From the NCBI GenBank assembly GCA_022843285.1, contig JALHNY010000001.1, positions 79,128-143,127 of the forward strand: DNA of 64,000 bases. Reading direction: 5' to 3'. This DNA comes from Minisyncoccota bacterium (GTDB taxonomy: Bacteria > Patescibacteriota > Minisyncoccia > UBA6257 > 2-01-FULL-56-20). Every line of letters begins with the position of its first letter. Within the stretch, counting starts at the first letter, position 1. Below the pieces are notes generated by a model that saw nothing but the letters and a program-made list of their open reading frames with translations, ran no database searches and was not told the DNA's origin. Of this stretch, positions 56,589 to 64,000 are shown one piece after another. The translations under genes were made by a program, and so were the position numbers.

Positions 56589-56635
56589 CGGATTTCACCG
56601 TCCGACTGCGCCCCCGCTCCCGCGGGGGTTTCGCT

Positions 56636-58705
<2,070 letters not shown>

Positions 58706-58744
58706 CTGGTCAGTGTAGCACCCGCCGGCTACGGGGCTAGCGCG

Positions 58745-59746
58745 CTAGAGGAGCGCCAGCTGGGCCATCTTCGCCCTGGTGATCGGCCCGAAGTAGCCGG
58801 ATGCCGGCGAGATGCCGACGGCTGCCTGGTACTCGGCGAGCGCTTTCTGCGTCACGGGTCCGAAGTACCCCGTGGCACCGGCTGCTTTGAGCGCAGCGGC
58901 CGCGGGTCCCTTCGCCTGCGCGATGAGCGCCGCCTGCAGCTTGGCCACGTCCGCGCCCTGTGAGCCGAGCGTGAGGTCACGCGAGGTACTCGCGCCGCCG
59001 GGCGGTGCCACCGGCGCCACGCCCGTCGCGAGGGCTAGAGCTTTCGTGATCTCAGCTGGTAGGTCTTCGCCGCGTGCGGCTGCCTGGCGGAAGAACGCGA
59101 GCTGGTCCCCCACCAGGACGCGCGCCTCTGCGTCCGCATCGTCCGCGTCCTCGATGATGCGCTCCACGGCGCTCAGGCGCTCGGCGGCCGTGAACTCCTC
59201 GGTCATCCTCGGGTACGGGTTCTCCGCGCCCCTCTCGTAGATGCCGAGGTGGAGGTGCGGCGACGTGCCCTGCGCGTTGCCGCTGTCGCCCACGTACCCG
59301 ATGAGGTCACCCTTCTTGAGAATGTCGCCAACCTTCAGGCCGTCCCTGTAACCCTCGAGGTGCGCGAAGTAGAACCGCTCGCCGCCGGGGTTCGTGGTGT
59401 ACACGAAGTTGCCGCCGTTCGCGCCGTACCCGATTGAGGTCACGACCGAGTCAGACGGCGCCACGATGTGGGCGCCACGGCGCGCGAAGATGTCCGTGCC
59501 CTCGTGGGTGCGGCCGTTGCTGCGCGCGTCTCCCCAGGTGTCATTGACCTGGCTCGGGGCTACGCCAAAGAGAATCGGAACGGGGAACGATTCGAGCTCG
59601 TCCAGGTTGCTGAGCCTGCGCACCTCACGCTGCGCTGCCGTGGGCAACCTGCTGCTCCTGCTGCCGCTCGTGTGAGAGGCGTCCGCCACGGGTACGCCGC
59701 TCGCCGCGACGAGCAGCGCCGCGGCCAGAGAAAGAATTTTGTGCAT
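58745..59746 (-). CDS. Secreted M23 peptidase with C-terminal peptidoglycan-binding (PG_binding_1) repeats
   Basis: signal peptide; HEGTDIFA...GDSGNAQGTSPHLHL M23; two LxxGxxGxxVxxLQxxL-type PG-binding repeats. Confidence 0.75.
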   Translation of the reverse strand: MHKILSLAAALLVAASGVPVADASHTSGSRSSRLPTAAQREVRRLSNLDELESFPVPILFGVAPSQVNDTWGDARSNGRTHEGTDIFARRGAHIVAPSDSVVTSIGYGANGGNFVYTTNPGGERFYFAHLEGYRDGLKVGDILKKGDLIGYVGDSGNAQGTSPHLHLGIYERGAENPYPRMTEEFTAAERLSAVERIIEDADDADAEARVLVGDQLAFFRQAAARGEDLPAEITKALALATGVAPVAPPGGASTSRDLTLGSQGADVAKLQAALIAQAKGPAAAALKAAGATGYFGPVTQKALAEYQAAVGISPASGYFGPITRAKMAQLALL

Positions 59747-59809
59747 ACGCTCTGTTTAACGATTTCTGCGCGCCGCGCTTACGCGTGGCTGGTGCGGCCA
59801 GTATACCAG

Positions 59810-60823
59810 CTAGAACAGGCGCAAGACGTCGCGGGCCGTCAAGAGCAGCATGAGCGTGATCAGAATCAGGAACGTCACCGCGTTGATGCGCACCTCGAGC
59901 CAGTGGGGCATCTTCTTGCCGCTCACCCACTCCACGAGCGTCAGGTACAGCCTGCCGCCGTCCAGCGCAGGAATGGGCAGCAGGTTCAGGATGGCGAGGT
60001 TCACCGAGATCACCGCGAGCATCTGCACGAGGTAAATGGCGCCGATGCCGCTCACCTGCCCCGCCGTCGAAACGATGCCGACCGGGCCCACGACGTCCGC
60101 GGGGACGCTGCCGGTGAAGAGCCTCGCGATGAGACCAGCAAAGCCCTGGACCGTGGCGACGCTGATGTCCCACGTGGTCTTCAGGGCCTCCCACGGCGCC
60201 TTCCAAAAAGGCGTCGCGTCGATGCCACCCTCGGTGAGCCCGACCCCCAGCGCGCCGGGCTGCTCGGGTGAGACCTCGCGGGGCGTGACCGTCACGGTGA
60301 CCTTCTCCGCGCCGCGCTGGACATCGAAGGTGAACGTGCCGCCGATCGCGCCCCGCGCGGTGGTGGCGAACTCTTCCGCGCTCTCGTAGTCGAGAATGAC
60401 GTCGCTCGGCTGGATGCCGGCTGCTGCAGCTGGCGAGCCGTCCTCGACCTCCGTGATGACCACGACGTGCGGGGTTCCCACCATGAAGATGCCCGTGAGC
60501 AGCACCCACGCGAGCGCGGCGTTCACGGCGACGCCCGCCACGATGACGAGTGCCCGCTTCCACGGCGGCTGCGCCGAGAGCAGCTTCTCCGGCGGCACGC
60601 CGGCGCTGTCCTCGTCCTCACCCGCGATGCGGACGAAGCCGCCGATGGGCAGCGCGTTCAGCGAGTACTCGGTATCCCCGCGCTTCTTGGCGAAGAGCCT
60701 CGGCGGGAAGCCGACGCCGAACTCGTGCACGTGCAGCTTGAACGCCTTCGCCGCGAGGAAGTGCCCCAGCTCGTGCGCGACGATGAGGAGGACGAGCCCT
60801 ACCGCAATGAGCAGGCCCGCCAT
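59810..60823 (-). CDS. rseP: RIP site-2 zinc metalloprotease RseP (M50) with PDZ domain
   Basis: HELGHFLAAK HExxH in TM1, PDZ, LAILNLLPIPALDGG. Confidence 0.8.
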   Translation of the reverse strand: MAGLLIAVGLVLLIVAHELGHFLAAKAFKLHVHEFGVGFPPRLFAKKRGDTEYSLNALPIGGFVRIAGEDEDSAGVPPEKLLSAQPPWKRALVIVAGVAVNAALAWVLLTGIFMVGTPHVVVITEVEDGSPAAAAGIQPSDVILDYESAEEFATTARGAIGGTFTFDVQRGAEKVTVTVTPREVSPEQPGALGVGLTEGGIDATPFWKAPWEALKTTWDISVATVQGFAGLIARLFTGSVPADVVGPVGIVSTAGQVSGIGAIYLVQMLAVISVNLAILNLLPIPALDGGRLYLTLVEWVSGKKMPHWLEVRINAVTFLILITLMLLLTARDVLRLF

Positions 60824-61377
60824 TACTCGGAAATTGCCTCGAGCTTGGCGTCGACGAGCTCGTCCACCCGCTTGTTCGCGCGGTCCACGATTGCCTGCAG
60901 TGCGTCACGGATGGAGCGCTCATCGTCCTCGGTGATTTCCTTCGCGTCCTTCGCGGAGCGCACCTTTTTCATGGAGTCGTCACGGTGGTTGCGAATCGCG
61001 ATGCGCGCCGCCTCCGCGGTCTTCTTGACCGTCTTGGTCAGCTCCTCGCGGCGCTCGCTGGTGAGCGCCGCCATGGAGGCGCGCACGGTCATGCCGTCGT
61101 TTGTCACGGAGAGACCCACCTGCGCGTCCTGAATCGCCTTCACGACCGGTGCCACCGCTGTCTGGTCCCAGAGCGTGATGAGCACGGTGCGCGGGGCCTC
61201 AATGGAGAGCGACCCCAGCTGCTGGATGGTCATGGGCTGGCCGTAGTGGATGAGGGAGATCTTCTCCACCAGCTCGACAGACGCGCGCGACGAGCGCAGC
61301 GCGGCGAGGTCTTCCTGGAGGCGGCCGAGGGTGCCGTCTAGGTCGGCCTGGAGGTGCTTGTCGTAGTCGTTAGTCAT
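60823..61377 (-). CDS. frr: Ribosome recycling factor
   Basis: full-length RRF pattern (…LRSSRASVELVEKISLIHYGQP…LSVTNDGMTVR…). Confidence 0.85.
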   Translation of the reverse strand: MTNDYDKHLQADLDGTLGRLQEDLAALRSSRASVELVEKISLIHYGQPMTIQQLGSLSIEAPRTVLITLWDQTAVAPVVKAIQDAQVGLSVTNDGMTVRASMAALTSERREELTKTVKKTAEAARIAIRNHRDDSMKKVRSAKDAKEITEDDERSIRDALQAIVDRANKRVDELVDAKLEAISE

Positions 61378-62203
61378 TGGGTAGGTTGGCGAACAGCGCG
61401 GCGAGCTGCAACCTGAGGTTGAGCGGGCTCACCTGGGCCTGGCGGATGAGAGACTGCGTCCGGTGCCAGAGCTCCACGTTGCGCGCGGTACGGGCATTAT
61501 ACGCGAGCAGCACCGAGAGCGCACGGAGAATTTCGAGCAGCGGGATCTCCGCGGCGGCAGCCTCTTTGGCGATGCCGGGCACGGCGCTCGCCGGGCTCGC
61601 GAGGAGCTCCTCGGCGCAGGCGCGCGCCGGAGCGTCCGCCACCTGTTCGGCTGCGAGAGCCAGCGACCCGCCCGAGTGGCTGGCCACGCGCGCCGCGTGG
61701 TCCGCCTCGACGCCGTGCACCTCGCGCAGCCACGCTGCCACCTCGATGTCCTGGAGGGGCGGGACGGCGACGCGCTGCAACCTGGAGCGGAGCGTGGGCA
61801 GGATGCGCTCCTCGTCGGTCGTGGCGAGCAGCAGCACGGAGTGCTCGGGCGGCTCCTCCGCCACCTTCAGGAGCGCGTTCTGCGCCTCGGTGGTGAGGAG
61901 CTCCGCTCCGAGCACGAGCGCGACACGGTACGCCGCCACGCCCGGGAAGGAGGCGAGGTGCGGGCGCACGTGGTCGTTCACCACCTTGATGCCGATGGAG
62001 CTGTCCTCCTCTCCGCGCTCCACGATGACGCCGTCTGCCAGCTGCAGGCGGTGCTCGCCGTCCACGGCGCGCAGCGCCGCGCGGGATACCTCGGCTAGCC
62101 AGACGGAGTCCCTGCCCACGAGCAGGTACCCGTGGGCGAGCTCACGCTCGCGGGCCAGGCCGGCAAACCACTCCACGAGCTCGGTGCGCGCCGAGAGGGG
62201 CAT
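61370..62203 (-). CDS. holB: DNA polymerase III delta' subunit-like (HolB), AAA+ lacking canonical P-loop
   Basis: AHGYLLVG...VLLLATTDEERILPTLRSRLQRV (SRC motif context); start ATG 62201-62203 overlapping mreB stop; ORF-track extension to 62704 spurious. Confidence 0.55.
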   Translation of the reverse strand: MPLSARTELVEWFAGLARERELAHGYLLVGRDSVWLAEVSRAALRAVDGEHRLQLADGVIVERGEEDSSIGIKVVNDHVRPHLASFPGVAAYRVALVLGAELLTTEAQNALLKVAEEPPEHSVLLLATTDEERILPTLRSRLQRVAVPPLQDIEVAAWLREVHGVEADHAARVASHSGGSLALAAEQVADAPARACAEELLASPASAVPGIAKEAAAAEIPLLEILRALSVLLAYNARTARNVELWHRTQSLIRQAQVSPLNLRLQLAALFANLPND

Positions 62204-63222
62204 CAGGATGACCTCTTGTTGAGGAGCGTGCGCTTGTACACGTCGATGTGGCTCAGGATGAGGCCCGTGCCCTTGGCGACGCAGTAGAGCGGATCCTCCG
62301 CGAGGTACACCGGCACGCCCAGGAACCGCTCGAAGAACTGCGGCAGGTAGTTGAGCTGCCCCGTGCCTCCCGAGATAATGATTCCCTTCTCCATGATGTC
62401 CGCGACGAGCTCGGGCGGGGTGTCGTTGAACACGTTCTGCACGGCCTGGTACACCTCCATGAGGAGCGGGTTGAGCGCGTCGGCAATCTCGTTGCTCGTA
62501 AGCGTGACGTCCTTGGGTAGGCCCGAGGCGAGGTCGCGGCCGCGCACCTGCATCTCGCGGCGGTCCTTCGTGATGAGCGCAGAGCCGACCTTCATCTTTA
62601 TGTTCTCGGCGGTCTGGTCTCCGATTGAGAGGCCGTACTTCTTCTTGATGTAGTCGCTGATGGCGCCATCGAACTTGTTGCCCGCTACGCGCAGCGACGC
62701 CCACGACACGATGTTGCCGAGCGCTATGACCGCGACCTCGGAGGTGCCGCCGCCCATGTTGATGATCATGTGGCCCGAGCGCGCGTTGATCGGGATGCCC
62801 GCGCCGAGCGCCGCGAGGATCGGCTCACGGACGATGAACGCCTGGCGCGCGCCGGCCTCCTTGGCGGCGTTGATCACCGCGCGGCGCTCCGTCTGCGTGA
62901 TGCCGGCGGGCACGGAGATGACGACCTCGGGGCCCATGATGTCCCACCAGTTCGTCGCCTTGGCGATGAAGTACGTCAGCATCGCCTTCGTGATGTAGTA
63001 GTCCGCCACCACGCCGTCCTTGAGGGGGCGGTACGCGACGATGTCGTCCGGCGTGCGGCCGACCATCTCCTTGGCCTCGGCGCCCACGGCGAGCACCGTG
63101 TTGTCGGGCTTGGAGAGCGCCACGATGGTGGGCTCGTTGATGATGAAGCCCCGCCCCGGGACGAAAACGACAGTGTTAGCCGTCCCCAGGTCGATGCCGA
63201 TTTTCCTCGTGAAAACGCCCAT
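62203..63222 (-). CDS. mreB: Rod shape-determining protein MreB
   Basis: IGIDLGTANTVV, actin-fold phosphate/adenosine motifs. Confidence 0.9.
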   Translation of the reverse strand: MGVFTRKIGIDLGTANTVVFVPGRGFIINEPTIVALSKPDNTVLAVGAEAKEMVGRTPDDIVAYRPLKDGVVADYYITKAMLTYFIAKATNWWDIMGPEVVISVPAGITQTERRAVINAAKEAGARQAFIVREPILAALGAGIPINARSGHMIINMGGGTSEVAVIALGNIVSWASLRVAGNKFDGAISDYIKKKYGLSIGDQTAENIKMKVGSALITKDRREMQVRGRDLASGLPKDVTLTSNEIADALNPLLMEVYQAVQNVFNDTPPELVADIMEKGIIISGGTGQLNYLPQFFERFLGVPVYLAEDPLYCVAKGTGLILSHIDVYKRTLLNKRSS

Positions 63223-63300
63223 GTACGAGGCGGATTCTATGCGCTACTCCCCCGCCGGGCAACCTCCGCCGGGACACCTATCCCCAGGAGACAAAAGCTT

Positions 63301-63336
63301 AAAAAGGTAGAATAAAAACAACCCCTTTATAGGGGA
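63301..63336 (-). terminator. Weak rho-independent terminator after small gene (CCCCTataaAGGGG + U-rich)
   Basis: short stem, long T-rich tail on minus strand. Confidence 0.3.
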
Positions 63337-63377
63337 TGGTGTGGGACGAGACGCGCGTACTCTACACTACGACCCTC

Positions 63378-63611
63378 TTACTGTCCGGTAATCAGATCGT
63401 TGAGCGACTTTACTCCGCGCTGCTTAAGCAGGGTGCCGAGCTTCATGTCGCTCCGGACTCCCAGGTCCACGCTGTACTTGTCCTCAATCGTTTTGACGAG
63501 GGTGTCGCTGCGCTTCTGGCGGAGCCGACCGTTTCCCTCGTTGCGAGGACGGTAGCCTGCCATTCCCGGTGCATCCGGCCGCCTATTGGTGTTTGCCATT
63601 AGGTTAAGCAT
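63378..63611 (-). CDS. Small basic protein (77 aa), possibly DNA-binding (HhH/SAP-like C-terminus)
   Basis: Arg-rich N-terminus, ...MKLGTLLKQRGVKSLNDLI...; preceded by ~170-nt structured leader. Confidence 0.35.
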   Translation of the reverse strand: MLNLMANTNRRPDAPGMAGYRPRNEGNGRLRQKRSDTLVKTIEDKYSVDLGVRSDMKLGTLLKQRGVKSLNDLITGQ

Positions 63612-63781
63612 TCACTAGTGAAAGAACCTTCGACTTGGTTCCTGACCGATACACGGCCCTGGTCGGCGGAAGGTCGGTCAATCAGGAGTCTCCGGCAGTA
63701 CGCGCGTCTGCGTACCCGCGGGGATGTTAGCAATCTTTGAGCGAGACTGCTAGTTCACTTGGCACTTCTACCCCATTAACT

Positions 63782-63823
63782 AAAGACTTGAGCCCCTCCA
63801 ACTGGAGGGGCTCAAGTCTTTTC
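63782..63823. terminator. Perfect 17-bp hairpin terminator AAGACTTGAGCCCCTCCaactGGAGGGGCTCAAGTCTT
   Basis: immediately after stop of minus-strand partial gene; T-run on plus side. Confidence 0.65.
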
Positions 63824-64000
63824 TACAGCGCGCAGCGCCCGCTCGCGCTCTTCCCAATCAATGAGATTGCCTGCTTGCAGAGGTCCGCGATGCTCTGCGG
63901 CTTCATGAACACGTGGTCCTCACCTCGGTAGATGGTGGTCTTCACGTTCTTGCCCTCAATCTTCAGGAGCTGGTCCAGCAGCGTCGTCTGCGAGTGCGGC
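63822..64000 (-). CDS. C-terminal fragment of alpha/beta-hydrolase-like protein (continues beyond window)
   Basis: ...KNVKTTIYRGEDHVFMKPQS... resembles catalytic His region of S9/esterase family. Confidence 0.3.

Noticed and set aside
63612-63780. SRP RNA, RNase P RNA or 6S RNA identity for the structured leader
   Set aside because: The conserved SRP domain IV motifs and the RNase P GGAAAGUCCGG-type signature could not be aligned. It is kept only as an unclassified structured region.

Overview
This is a 64 kb high-GC (about 63-66%) bacterial chromosomal segment with compact, mostly housekeeping gene content: tRNA-Lys, secDF, DEAD-box helicase, trmD, split ComEC, ftsW, murG, gltX, rarA, L27/L9, ctp, def/fmt, an AddA-like helicase-nuclease, nfo, nth, mscL, an ABC-F ATPase, bcp, uvrA/uvrC/uvrB, a type IV pilus operon, rseP, frr, holB and mreB. 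The gene-content style (pili, ComEC, many small membrane proteins, little Shine-Dalgarno usage) resembles a Patescibacteria/CPR-like or other streamlined high-GC lineage. Six things stand out. First, a tight 5-gene operon (5436-9284, followed by 10057-11766) encodes two paralogous VirD4/TraG-type coupling-protein-like ATPases, one with an intact and one with a degenerate Walker B, separated from their membrane anchors, plus an HTH protein. It sits next to an ExoX-like exonuclease and upstream of ComEC. Second, a recurrent GTATACT (TAnnnT) box lies 6-12 nt upstream of many start codons, which implies pervasive leaderless transcription. Third, a low-GC island (21.3-24.4 kb) carries a MazG-like enzyme, a secreted lysozyme-like protein, an acidic protein and a PD-(D/E)XK nuclease. 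Fourth, the type IV pilus operon includes a giant 574-aa pilin-like protein. Fifth, a canonical promoter plus terminator bracket a roughly 60-nt candidate sRNA or attenuator at 48.9 kb. Sixth, there is an unexplained tRNA T-arm-like element at 42.68 kb. No CRISPR array, rRNA, transposase or integrase was found. Product calls come from motif recognition by eye, with no database search.
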